64,000 nt of DNA, taken from assembly GCA_947259925.1 (NCBI GenBank), contig CAMYOG010000042.1:15221-79220 (forward strand), given 5' to 3'. How positions within the stretch are numbered: position 1 is the stretch's first letter; every line of letters starts with the position of its first letter. The stretch is from Thermoanaerobaculia bacterium. GTDB taxonomy: Bacteria; Acidobacteriota; Thermoanaerobaculia; Multivoradales; JAHEKO01. Shown one piece after another: positions 28,261-37,690 of the stretch. The notes under the pieces were generated by a model. That model was not told where the DNA came from. It was given only the letters and a program-made list of their open reading frames with translations, and did not search any database. A program made the translations under genes and the position numbers.

Positions 28261-29423
28261 TGGAGGGCCTGAGCGAAGTCGGCGAGCAGCTCGTCGGTGT
28301 CCTCGATACCGATCGAGACCCGGATCAGATCATCGGTGATGCCGAGCTTCTGGCGCGCCTCCGGTGGCAGACCCAGGTGGGAGCTGCGCGCCGGTCGTAC
28401 GACCAGGCTCTCCACCCCTCCGAGACTCGCCGCGTGCAGCGGGATTCGCACCCGGGACAGGACCCGCTCGGCGCGCTCGGGCTCGCCGGTGTAGAAGGAC
28501 AGCATGCCGCCGTAACCGGAGAAGAGCCGTGAAGCGATCCGGTGCCCGGGATCGGAGGCGAGGCCGGGGTAGTTCACCCGCACGATGTCTTCGTGGGTGT
28601 CGAGAAACTCCGCCACCCGCTGGGCGTTGGCGTTCTGCTTCGCGACCCTGAGCGCCAGGGTCTTCATGCCGCGCTCGAACAGGAAGGCGGTGTTGGGATC
28701 GATCGAGCCGCCCAGGTGAAGCAGGAGGTGCCGGACCCGATCGACGTGCTCCTTCGAGCCGATCACCGCGCCGGCGACGATGTCGCTGTGCCCGTTCAGG
28801 TACTTGGTGGCGCTGTGGACGACCAGGTCGATCCCGATCTCGAGCGGCCGGAAGTTGACCGGCGAGGTGAAGGTGTTGTCGATCAGGGTGATCAGGTCGT
28901 GGCGCTTGGCGAACGCGACCACCGCCTCGAGATCCCCGACCTCCATCAGCGGATTCGAGATCGACTCGACCAGGATCAGGCGGGTCTCGGGCCGGAGCGC
29001 GGCCTCCCAATCCGACGGACCACCGTTGACGGTGTCGATCGGGGTGTGCGCGACCCGCAGCCGGGGCCCGTCGTCGTCGAGCAGGTTCTGGGTGCCGCCG
29101 TAGAGCGTCTTCTGGGTCAGGATGTGGTCGCCCGCCCCCGCGAACGCCAGGATCGAGGTGCTGATCGCCGCCATGCCACTGGCGGTCACCAGCGCCGCCT
29201 CGCCCCCTTCGGCGGCCGCCAGGCGAGCCTGCAGGGCGAAGTGATTCGGCGAGTTGCTCAGCCGGATGTAGCGCACCTCGTCGTAGGCACCTTCGTCGGC
29301 CATCAGGTAGTTGGCCGACTGGAAGATCGGCGTCACCACCGCGCCGCCGATGTTCGGTCGGGGCGCACCGGCGTGCACCAGATTGGTCTCCAGGGTCTTG
29401 AAGCGGTGCGAGTAGTCGGTCAT
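28251..29423 (-). CDS. PLP-dependent trans-sulfuration enzyme (cystathionine gamma-synthase/lyase or methionine gamma-lyase family)
   Basis: TPIFQS, SGMAAI, ESISNP, IDNTF, HSATKYLNGHSD (PLP Lys), SLGGVESL, RVSIGIED. Confidence 0.92.
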   Translation of the reverse strand: MTDYSHRFKTLETNLVHAGAPRPNIGGAVVTPIFQSANYLMADEGAYDEVRYIRLSNSPNHFALQARLAAAEGGEAALVTASGMAAISTSILAFAGAGDHILTQKTLYGGTQNLLDDDGPRLRVAHTPIDTVNGGPSDWEAALRPETRLILVESISNPLMEVGDLEAVVAFAKRHDLITLIDNTFTSPVNFRPLEIGIDLVVHSATKYLNGHSDIVAGAVIGSKEHVDRVRHLLLHLGGSIDPNTAFLFERGMKTLALRVAKQNANAQRVAEFLDTHEDIVRVNYPGLASDPGHRIASRLFSGYGGMLSFYTGEPERAERVLSRVRIPLHAASLGGVESLVVRPARSSHLGLPPEARQKLGITDDLIRVSIGIEDTDELLADFAQALQFR

Positions 29424-29465
29424 CGGTCGAGCTCCTTGCTTGGGTCCGGTGGGTCGAGCACCGAA

Positions 29466-29999
29466 TCAGTCGGGATACCTGGCGTGGGATCGGATGCGGT
29501 CGAGCTGGCGATGGTGGTGCTCGAGGTGGCCGACCAGGAAGACCAAGGAGTCCTCGACCGAAAGGGGACCGGCGATCGGGTGCTTGAACCCCGCCTGCCC
29601 CAGCGCCTCGGCGTCCAGCGACTCGAACAGCCGGAGCGTCCTCTGTCGCTCGGTCGCCCACTGAGGCTCGAGATCTTCGAAGCTCACGGCGGGGTCCGGG
29701 GCCGCCGCCGGCACCGGGTTGCGAACCCGGATGCCGCAGAAGAGGACGCCCTTCACCGCCAGGTGCTTGAGGCCGTCCATCAGGCTCCGCCGCTTCGCCG
29801 GCTGTCGGTGCATCTTCTCGACCGCGCCGACGATGCCGGCCTGGACGAGGAGCAGGTGATGCGCGACCTCGGTCGGCGACCAGGAGTCCTCGGCAGGTCG
29901 GAAGCGGCGCTGCGCCTCGGTCATCTCGGCCAGCTCGGTCAGCATCCGGTCGAGGCCTCCCTCCAACCGCTCGTGGAGCTGGGCCAGGCGGGCGATCAT
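29466..29999 (-). CDS. DinB family protein
   Basis: WSPTEVAHHL, HPIAGPL, HLEHHHRQL. Confidence 0.85.
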   Translation of the reverse strand: MIARLAQLHERLEGGLDRMLTELAEMTEAQRRFRPAEDSWSPTEVAHHLLLVQAGIVGAVEKMHRQPAKRRSLMDGLKHLAVKGVLFCGIRVRNPVPAAAPDPAVSFEDLEPQWATERQRTLRLFESLDAEALGQAGFKHPIAGPLSVEDSLVFLVGHLEHHHRQLDRIRSHARYPD

Positions 30000-30004
30000 C
30001 CGGC

Positions 30005-30901
30005 TCAGACGATCGCGTCGACGAGCATGACCACCAGCAGCGCCGGCAGGTAGACCACCGAGGCGAGCAACAGGCGCCGAGCCGCTTTGCGCGAGAAGGT
30101 GACCGAGAAGGCGACGCTGAAGCCCAGAAAGCCGAGGCCGAGGACCAGGGCGCCGACGAAGTAGATCGTCCCGCCCAGACCCAGCATCACCGGCAGCAGA
30201 CTGACCGGGACCAGGGCGGTCGCGTAGAGCACGGTCTGTCGGCCGGTGCTCTCACCGTCGGGCTCGACGACCGGCAGCATCGGGAAGCCGGCGGCAGCGT
30301 ACTCCTGCTGGCACAGCCAGGCGATCGCCAGGAAGTGCGGCAGCTGCCAGAGGAAGAGAATGCCGAACAACACGGCGCCGCCCGCCTCGATGCTTCCCGA
30401 GACCGCGGTCCAGCCCATGACCGGCGGCAGCGCGCCGGGCACCGCACCGATCACCGTCGCCAGACTGGTGCGCCGCTTGAGCGGCGTGTACAGGAAGATG
30501 TAGAGCAGTAGCGAGAAGGCGCCCACCACGGCGGTCAGCAGGTTGGTGCCGAGCGCCAGGATCGCCACTCCGGTGGTCGCCAGAACGACCGCGAAGAACA
30601 GCGCCGACTCGAGCGAGATCCTCCCCGCCGGCAAGGGCCGTCCGGCGGTGCGGCTCATCAACGCGTCGGTGTTGCGCTCCCACACCTGGTTGAGCGCCGA
30701 CGCTCCGCCCGCGACCATCGCCGTTCCGACCAGGAGCGCGACCAGCACCGACATCTCCGGAAGGTCCCCAGCGGCCAGCAGCGCTCCCAGGACCGCGGTC
30801 ACCAGGACCATCACCGTGATCCTCGGCTTGAGCAGCGCGATCCAGTCCGCCAGGCGGAACTGCGGCGGATGCGCGGTCAGCGCCTCGGACGGCAGCACCA
30901 T
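30005..30901 (-). CDS. ctaB: Heme O synthase (protoheme IX farnesyltransferase)
   Basis: LLKPRI, DALMSRTAGRPLP, YTPLKR, GAVPGALPP, WQLPHF, AGFPMLP. Confidence 0.95.
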   Translation of the reverse strand: MVLPSEALTAHPPQFRLADWIALLKPRITVMVLVTAVLGALLAAGDLPEMSVLVALLVGTAMVAGGASALNQVWERNTDALMSRTAGRPLPAGRISLESALFFAVVLATTGVAILALGTNLLTAVVGAFSLLLYIFLYTPLKRRTSLATVIGAVPGALPPVMGWTAVSGSIEAGGAVLFGILFLWQLPHFLAIAWLCQQEYAAAGFPMLPVVEPDGESTGRQTVLYATALVPVSLLPVMLGLGGTIYFVGALVLGLGFLGFSVAFSVTFSRKAARRLLLASVVYLPALLVVMLVDAIV

Positions 30902-31905
30902 CACGCTCCCCCGGCGGTGTTCGGTTGGGCGGTCGCGCGCTGCGGCGGCACCAGCACTCCGTCGGGCAGCCGCTCGTCGCGCCGGCCGCCCAATCGCCAC
31001 GAGGCCAGCGTCGTCAGCACGGCCGTCGCCAGGAGCGTCGCCCCGGTCGCCACGTGCACGGTGTTCGGCAGGGTCGCCTTGCCGGTCAGGACCACCGCTC
31101 CGCCGAGCGAGATCTGGATCGCCACCAGGATCGCCAGCGCGATCCCGAGCAGCCGCAGGCCGGCGCCCCCGGCGCCGATCCGCCGACTGCGGATCAGGGT
31201 GACGACGATCGCGACCGTCACCACCACCGCGCCCAGCCGATGGGCGTAGTGGACGGCGATGCCGAAGTCCAGGTGGGGTGGGAAGAGCCCGCCGAAGACC
31301 AGCGGGAAATCGGGAATCGCCAGTCCCGCCCCGGAGTGCCGCATCACCGCGCCGAGCAGGATCTGCGCGAAGACCAGGATCGCCGTCAGGCGTGCGGCGC
31401 GGAAGAGCTCTGGGGATCCGGCGAGCGCGGGACGCTCACGCTCTGCCGCGCGCCACCAGCGGGAGGTGACCAGCGCCAGGGTCACCGTCAAGCACAGGAA
31501 GATCTCCGCCAGCGCGGCGTGGCTGACCGAGATCGGAGTGGGCAGGAAGAAGAGCACCGTCAGGCCGCCGAGGAGCGCCTGGGTCAGAACCGCCGCTACC
31601 GCCAGGTAGGCCAGCCGGCGCACCCATCGACGCTCTTCCCGGACCCCCACCCAGACGGCCAGCAGCACCGTCATCATGGCGACCGTGCCGGCGATCAGCC
31701 GATGGCCGTGCTCGGCGCGGACGGTCGAGATCGTCCACCAGTTGGGCGGGTTGAGCGAGCCGTACGAGAGCGGCCAATCGGGCACCGAGAGTCCCGAGCC
31801 GGTGCTGGTGACCAGGGCGCCTGCCGAGATCAGGAAGACGACGCAGCACGCCAGGATCACCGCGAACCGGTGCAGGCCCCGCTGATAGAACGGCGCGTTG
31901 GTCAT
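30901..31905 (-). CDS. ctaA: Heme A synthase (COX15/CtaA family)
   Basis: GSGLSVPDWP, EHGHR, SHAALA, YAHR, TVHV His ligands; 8 TM helices; adjacent to ctaB. Confidence 0.9.
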   Translation of the reverse strand: MTNAPFYQRGLHRFAVILACCVVFLISAGALVTSTGSGLSVPDWPLSYGSLNPPNWWTISTVRAEHGHRLIAGTVAMMTVLLAVWVGVREERRWVRRLAYLAVAAVLTQALLGGLTVLFFLPTPISVSHAALAEIFLCLTVTLALVTSRWWRAAERERPALAGSPELFRAARLTAILVFAQILLGAVMRHSGAGLAIPDFPLVFGGLFPPHLDFGIAVHYAHRLGAVVVTVAIVVTLIRSRRIGAGGAGLRLLGIALAILVAIQISLGGAVVLTGKATLPNTVHVATGATLLATAVLTTLASWRLGGRRDERLPDGVLVPPQRATAQPNTAGGA

Positions 31906-32048
31906 GGCCCGGTGAGTCTAACGGGGTCAGGTCCCCCATGCCAGCACCGCCAGACGCTCAGTCGCACCCGGCGCTCGAGAACGCTGGCGGCAACGAGCGC
32001 CGGCCCCCGGGAACCCGAGGGCCGGCCGAATTCGGTGCCGTTACCGGG

Positions 32049-32816
32049 CTAGCCGGCGGGCGCGAAGTCGAAGCTGGCGGCCGCGACCGCGCTATCGCCG
32101 ACCGTCACTTCCATCGTCTGCGTCCCGAGCGTCTCGTGCCACGCCTCGACCGTGTAGGTGCCGGCCGGCACACCGTCGATGGCGTACGAGCCGTCGTCGG
32201 CGCTCACCGCGAAGAACGGGTGCTCGACCACGCCCATGTAGGAGCTCATCCACGGGTGGACGTCGCACTTGAAGCGGACCATCACCTCGGACTTGTCGAA
32301 GGTGTGCTCGAACTCCATGTTCTGGAACGGCTGTCCCTTGTTGAACTCGGCGTTGACGGTCGGCAGCGCATGCACGTTGTGCAGGGTCGGATCGCTGTTG
32401 CGGATGACCACGGTCTGGCCGACCTGGACGCCCGACACGTGCGGGGCGTACATGCAGCCCTGCTGATCGAGGACCGCCGCCTCGGCGCTCACCGGGAAAC
32501 TGCCGGACAGGCCCGACTTGATGTAGACGAAGACGTTCGCGAGCTTGCCCTCGGCGCCGGTGATGGTCTGGGTCTCCGCGCCTTCGGCGTTGAGGCCGAC
32601 GCAGACCGGATCGGCGTCCATCGAGATCGCGGTGTCGGCGTCGCCGTTGGCGTAGGTGATCACGCCGGTGATGCCACCACTACCGGCGGCCGGGGCCGGG
32701 GCGGGTTCGGGTGCAGCCGCTCGCTCGGGCGCCGCGGCCTCCTCGCCGCCACCACAGGCGACGCCGAAGAGGCTCACTGCGAGCACACAAATCATCCAGA
32801 AACGATACTTTCTCAT
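32049..32816 (-). CDS. Lipoprotein with cupredoxin-like type-1 copper motif and carboxypeptidase-regulatory-like beta sandwich
   Basis: Lipobox FGVAC; Ala/Pro linker; NSDPTLHNVH ... FKCDVHPWM (H...C-x2-H-x2-M); GSYAIDGVPAGTYTVEAWHE. Confidence 0.75.
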   Translation of the reverse strand: MRKYRFWMICVLAVSLFGVACGGGEEAAAPERAAAPEPAPAPAAGSGGITGVITYANGDADTAISMDADPVCVGLNAEGAETQTITGAEGKLANVFVYIKSGLSGSFPVSAEAAVLDQQGCMYAPHVSGVQVGQTVVIRNSDPTLHNVHALPTVNAEFNKGQPFQNMEFEHTFDKSEVMVRFKCDVHPWMSSYMGVVEHPFFAVSADDGSYAIDGVPAGTYTVEAWHETLGTQTMEVTVGDSAVAAASFDFAPAG

Positions 32817-32841
32817 GTCAAAACCCTCGTTGTTGTGAGAT

Positions 32842-35775
32842 TCAGGAACCGCCTTCGAGGCCCCACCAGATGTGGTCGCGCAAGGCGGCGGTCACATTAT
32901 CTGCATCCGCGAGATACTCCTTGAGCTCCTCCTCGGAGTCGAAGTATCTGAGCATTCTGTCTTTCTCGGTACTCCACATCGGCAGGTCGATGCCCTGGGC
33001 GAGCGGCGAGCTGTAGCTGCCGTCGTCCTGCCGGCTGAAGAATACCGGCATCTTGGTGCCGCTGACCCAGCTGAGCGGATCCTTGATCCAGTCCGCCACC
33101 CAGTCGTGTCGCAGACGGTCCTGCGCCAGCAAGAGCGACGGCGCCAGCTCGGCGGCGCTGACCGCACCGGGCGCTACCGGTCCGGCGGGATGGCACTTGG
33201 CGCACTGGAGCATGGCGAAGACGCCCTTACCGACCGTCAGGCTGCGCCGATCCGGCCGCTCCGGCTCGGACAGGAACGCCTGGCGGTTCTCGCGCGCCGC
33301 GAAGTAGGAGAGCAGCATATTGACCTGGTGGTCGTCGAAGCCGAAGGTCGGCATCCGCACGCTCAGCCACGGGCGCATCGACTCGCTGGCCGGATCGTGC
33401 AGGTACTCGAACAGCCAATCGCCCTGAACACGCGCTCCCTGGGCGGCCAGATTGGGCGGCCACATGCCGGGATCGGTGATCGCAGTCTTGATCGCCTGGC
33501 CCTGATCCTCGATCAGATGGCAGCCCTGGCAGTTGTAGCGGGTGATCAGCTTGCGGCCCTCGGCGAGCGCGTTCGACTCCGGCCGCTGATCGGCGCGCCG
33601 GGCGGTGACCACCGACTCCTTGACGAATCCGAGCACGTTCGTGGTGACCGCCTCGGCCTCGCGCTCCGACATGCCGAAGTCCGGCATCCGGTAGAGCTCG
33701 TTGTAGTCCTTGACGCTCTCCTTGCCATGGTCCCAGATCCGCGGCTGGAGCATCTTGGTCTTGATCCAGTCGTGCCGCGTATGCGGAATGTCGTGGATGT
33801 GCCCGAAGTCGAACTGATGGACCGGCTTCGAGCCCTCCTCGGTCAGCTCGACGCCGATCGGTTTGGCGTCCTCGAAGCCGCGCAGGTTGTGGCAGCCGAA
33901 GCAGCCGTACTTGCGAATCGTCTGCCCACCGAGATAGACGTCGCGCTCCCGGTCGCTCATCGCGGCCAGGGTCGCCTTGCTCTGCTCGATCGTCTGGGTG
34001 TTCTGCAGGTAGACGACCGCCAGATCGTCCCGAACCTGACCGTCGACCTCCGGCTGGGTCAGGTTCTCGAATGCCGGGTCGCGACTCGCCATCAGGTAGG
34101 CGACCAGATCGGCGGCCTCCTGGTCGGTCAGCCGTAGGCTCGGCATCCGGGTCTCCGGGTTGAACGCCTTCGGGTCCTTCAACCAGGCGAACAGCCAGCC
34201 CGCATCGACCTTGGAGCCAGTGCGCACGAGATTCGGGCCGTGCATCCGGTTGATCTGCGGGAAGAGGTCGTCGCGGCTGGCTTCGGCATCGTTCAGATGG
34301 CAGCCGGTGCAGCCGATCGTGTTGAAGAGGTCCTCGCCCCGCGACTCGTCACCTCGCGGCGGGTCCGAATAGTCGATCACCTCGGAGCGGTCCCAGATGT
34401 AGGCGACCATCGCCTTGATCTCGGCCCTCTGGCGCTCTTCGTTCAGCTCACCGACGATGTTCTCGAGGAAGAAGAAGTGGGGCATCCAGGTGGTCGGATG
34501 GAAGTCGCGCGGCGCCTCGATCCACTGGTAGGCCCACTCCGGGCTGGTCTTGGATGCGACCCTCTCCAGACTCGGGCCGGGTCGCGGCACGTCGGTAAAC
34601 GCCGGGTAGTCGATCTTGTGGCAGGCGAAGCAACCCATCCGCGACATCAGCTCGCGGCCGGTGTCCTGGAGCTCCGAGGAGGCGGTCCAGACATTGCCAG
34701 CGTGACAGCCGATGCAGCCCGCTTCCGTGTACTGGGCCGGCAGGATCGGAGTGTCCAGGTACTTCTGCTTCTGCCAGCCCCAGTCGTGCTTCCACTCGGC
34801 CTTCTGCTCCTCGTTGATCGGGCTGTGACCGGCGCGGGCGAAGTTCGTCGCCCGATCGAGCCCACCGTGGCAGGTCGTGCAACCGAAACGGTTGTACGGA
34901 TGTGGCGATGAGGACGAGAGGAAGAGGTCGAGGCGCGGGTGGCTCCGGAACGGCTCCTCCCAGCCTTCGCCATCGAATCCCGCTCGCGCCGCGGCGACGT
35001 GGCAAGTAACGCAACGGTCGACACGGTCGACCGAGGTGAAGTTGATGTTCTGGTAGAGCCCGGGCAGCTGGACCTGGTCGATCCTCAGCTGCGGCTCGAG
35101 CATGTCCATGAGCGGCGCGTTGAGCACGAAGTAGTCGATGCTCTTGTCGAGCCCCGCGACCCGATTCTCGAGCGACTCGAGGCCGCCCCGCAGTTCGTCG
35201 AGCCGGTCCTCGTCCTCCTTCAGGCCGGCCATCTTGCGCTCGATCTCGGCGCGCACCATGTCGCGCTCTTCGAGGTAGGCCTCGAGCGTGATGCGGTCCT
35301 CGCCGTAGGTCTCCCGGCGCCTCTCCAGCGTCGCCAGGGCCGAATCGATCTTCTTCGGATCGCCGGTCTGGAGCGCCGCATCGTACTGATAGCGCTCGGT
35401 GTCCAGGTGCGACTTGGTGGTCCGCGCGTCGACGTCCGCCTCGTAGACCTTGTCGTCGAGGTCGGCCAGCCGGTCCTGCAGCTCTTTGAGCTCGGCCTCC
35501 TGCTCATCCAGCCGCGCCTCTTCGCTGCGAATCTCCTCTTCGATCGTGGCGATCTCTTCCTGGTTGATCCGCTGGCGCTCGGCCTCGGCCTCCTCGACCA
35601 GCTTCTGCCGCTCCAGCTCGCGGAACTCGGCCTGCAGCCGCTTCCACGGCTTGGCGTAGTCCTCGACCACCATCCAGATGGTGATCAGCAGGAGCGCCAG
35701 AGAGCTCCACGCGAACCACTTGTTCATGGCCGTGAAGTCGTAGTGGCGATCTGGGGTCTTCTTCGGAGCTGCCAT
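32842..35775 (-). CDS. Membrane-anchored octaheme cytochrome c of the Rieske/cytochrome b complex
   Basis: 8 CxxCH motifs (CVTCH, CTTCH, CIGCH, CFACH, CTGCH, CFGCH, CQGCH, CAKCH); N-terminal TM helix followed by a long coiled coil. Confidence 0.9.
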   Translation of the reverse strand: MAAPKKTPDRHYDFTAMNKWFAWSSLALLLITIWMVVEDYAKPWKRLQAEFRELERQKLVEEAEAERQRINQEEIATIEEEIRSEEARLDEQEAELKELQDRLADLDDKVYEADVDARTTKSHLDTERYQYDAALQTGDPKKIDSALATLERRRETYGEDRITLEAYLEERDMVRAEIERKMAGLKEDEDRLDELRGGLESLENRVAGLDKSIDYFVLNAPLMDMLEPQLRIDQVQLPGLYQNINFTSVDRVDRCVTCHVAAARAGFDGEGWEEPFRSHPRLDLFLSSSSPHPYNRFGCTTCHGGLDRATNFARAGHSPINEEQKAEWKHDWGWQKQKYLDTPILPAQYTEAGCIGCHAGNVWTASSELQDTGRELMSRMGCFACHKIDYPAFTDVPRPGPSLERVASKTSPEWAYQWIEAPRDFHPTTWMPHFFFLENIVGELNEERQRAEIKAMVAYIWDRSEVIDYSDPPRGDESRGEDLFNTIGCTGCHLNDAEASRDDLFPQINRMHGPNLVRTGSKVDAGWLFAWLKDPKAFNPETRMPSLRLTDQEAADLVAYLMASRDPAFENLTQPEVDGQVRDDLAVVYLQNTQTIEQSKATLAAMSDRERDVYLGGQTIRKYGCFGCHNLRGFEDAKPIGVELTEEGSKPVHQFDFGHIHDIPHTRHDWIKTKMLQPRIWDHGKESVKDYNELYRMPDFGMSEREAEAVTTNVLGFVKESVVTARRADQRPESNALAEGRKLITRYNCQGCHLIEDQGQAIKTAITDPGMWPPNLAAQGARVQGDWLFEYLHDPASESMRPWLSVRMPTFGFDDHQVNMLLSYFAARENRQAFLSEPERPDRRSLTVGKGVFAMLQCAKCHPAGPVAPGAVSAAELAPSLLLAQDRLRHDWVADWIKDPLSWVSGTKMPVFFSRQDDGSYSSPLAQGIDLPMWSTEKDRMLRYFDSEEELKEYLADADNVTAALRDHIWWGLEGGS

Positions 35776-35790
35776 GGCGAGCGCGTCGAG

Positions 35791-36870
35791 CTACAGGTTG
35801 AGGAAGAACTCCTGGATGTGGACGAAGTACTTCAGGTTGAGGAACCACCTGAGGTACATCTTGATCGGCATCAGCATCATCGTCAGGAAGAGGAACATGC
35901 CGACGTAGTACCGGGTCGGCCCCATCTTCTGGTAGAAGCCGTCGATGAACTTGTTCTTGATCAGCAGCACCGGCAGCACCAGGAAGTAGAAGGCGGTGAA
36001 GAGAAGACCGAAAATCTCGCGGACGAACCAGTGTCCCGGCAGACCGACGCCGAGGATCTTGATCCAGATGATCTCGGAGAGATCGACGTTGACCAGCGGC
36101 TCGACCTTGTTGATGTCCCAGTACTCGTAGGGCCCGAAGAAGTTCCAATTCGGCCCGCGCAGGAACGTGCCGATGACGATCAGCTCGCTCCAGAGGATGA
36201 CGAAGCCGAAGAGGAACAGGACGATCTCGGTCTTCCTCTCCTTGAAGGTGTAGTAGCCGTTCCCCTTCTTGTTGGTATCGATGTAGGGGATCGCCATCAG
36301 CCCGACGATGATCAGGCCGGGCAGTACCACTCCCGCCATCCACGGATCGAAGTAGACCAACATCTCCTGGAGCCCCAAAAAGTACCAGGGTGCCTTCGAC
36401 GGGTTGGGCGCCACCGAGGTGTTGGCGGGCTCTTCGAGCGGCGCCTTGAGCAGGATCGACCAGAGCACCATGCCGACGGTCAGGAGGACCATGCAGATGA
36501 ACTCCGAGAAGACCAGGTCGGGCCAGGTGAAGATGCGGTCCTCGGATTCGCTCTTCTCGAAGGTCGGCTCGCCGGCCTCGATCCGCCGATCGTTCTGGTG
36601 CGCCTTGTACATCGCGTACCACCAGAAGAAACCGATGATGTAGATCATCATCACGATCGGCACGTTGTCCGGCTTGGCGACCACGACGAAGAAGTTCGGG
36701 TCGAACAGGCTCAGGCCGAAGAAGACCGTGATCAGGATCAGCATGATCCAGCCGCCGGCTTTGGTCCAGAGCGCCTTCGACCACATCGCCAGGCCGAAGA
36801 GGATCAGCGACAGCGTGAACGACCACTCCGGGTAGGAGAGGAAGTTGATGATGGACTTGATCGCTTCCAT
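35791..36870 (-). CDS. Cytochrome b C-terminal subunit (subunit IV/PetD-like) with extra TM helices
   Basis: TWPDL, APLEEPAN...PNPSKAPWYFLGLQE (PEWY-equivalent), AIPYID. Confidence 0.85.
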   Translation of the reverse strand: MEAIKSIINFLSYPEWSFTLSLILFGLAMWSKALWTKAGGWIMLILITVFFGLSLFDPNFFVVVAKPDNVPIVMMIYIIGFFWWYAMYKAHQNDRRIEAGEPTFEKSESEDRIFTWPDLVFSEFICMVLLTVGMVLWSILLKAPLEEPANTSVAPNPSKAPWYFLGLQEMLVYFDPWMAGVVLPGLIIVGLMAIPYIDTNKKGNGYYTFKERKTEIVLFLFGFVILWSELIVIGTFLRGPNWNFFGPYEYWDINKVEPLVNVDLSEIIWIKILGVGLPGHWFVREIFGLLFTAFYFLVLPVLLIKNKFIDGFYQKMGPTRYYVGMFLFLTMMLMPIKMYLRWFLNLKYFVHIQEFFLNL

Positions 36871-36885
36871 GCCTCGGTTCGCCGG

Positions 36886-37671
36886 TTACATCGGGCCCGA
36901 GATGCCGCCGTCCTTCCGAACTCTCCAGAAGTGAACGGCGATCAGGCAGGCGGCGACGAATGGAATCGCCACGCAATGCAGCACATAGAAGCGAATCAGG
37001 GTTCCGTTGCCGATCGTACGACCGGCGATCAGGCCGAAGCGGGCGTCACTGCCGACGTGGATCAGCTTGGTGCCACCGATCTGCAGGAGCGCCGCGCCCG
37101 GACCCTCGTGACCGAGCACCGGCGTCGCGCGCGCCATGTTCGACCCGACCGTGATCGCCCAGATGGCCAGCTGATCCCAAGGCAGCAGATAGCCGGTGAA
37201 GGAGAGCAGCAGGGTGAGCACCAACAGAATGACACCGACGTTCCAGTTGAACTCGCGCGGCGGCTTGTACGAGCCGGTCATGAACACCCGGAACATGTGC
37301 AGCCAGACGCTGATCACCATCGCGTGGGCGCCCCAGCGATGGAGCTCGCGCATGATGCCGAAGGCGACCGCCTCGCGCAGGTCGACCATGTCGAAGTAGG
37401 CATACTCGACGGTCGGCCGGTAGTAGAACATCAAGAGGATGCCGGTGATCGTCTCGACCAGGAACAGGAAGAACGCCGTGCCTCCCATGCACCAGGTGTA
37501 GCTCATCCGTAGACCCGACTTCTTGACCTTGATCGGGTGCAGGTGCAGGACGACGTTGCCGAGCATCGCCAGCGCCCGCTTACGGTTGTCGGTGGGGATG
37601 CCGACCCGGAAGATCGACTTCCAGATCTGCGACTTGACGATGCTTTTCTGGAGGTTCTTGAGCGCTTCCAC
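36886..37671 (-). CDS. Cytochrome b6-like N-terminal subunit
   Basis: YTWCMGG (heme ci-type Cys), [70 protein letters not shown]. Confidence 0.93.
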   Translation of the reverse strand: MEALKNLQKSIVKSQIWKSIFRVGIPTDNRKRALAMLGNVVLHLHPIKVKKSGLRMSYTWCMGGTAFFLFLVETITGILLMFYYRPTVEYAYFDMVDLREAVAFGIMRELHRWGAHAMVISVWLHMFRVFMTGSYKPPREFNWNVGVILLVLTLLLSFTGYLLPWDQLAIWAITVGSNMARATPVLGHEGPGAALLQIGGTKLIHVGSDARFGLIAGRTIGNGTLIRFYVLHCVAIPFVAACLIAVHFWRVRKDGGISGPM

Positions 37672-37690
37672 TAGGGTCCCTTGGGGAGTT

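Noticed and set aside
34939..37512. 857-aa plus-strand ORF and other long antisense ORFs (e.g. 1219-3093, 18630-20516, 22879-24252, 54355-55743)
   Set aside because: Shadow frames of well-supported genes on the opposite strand, expected at high GC; no motifs.
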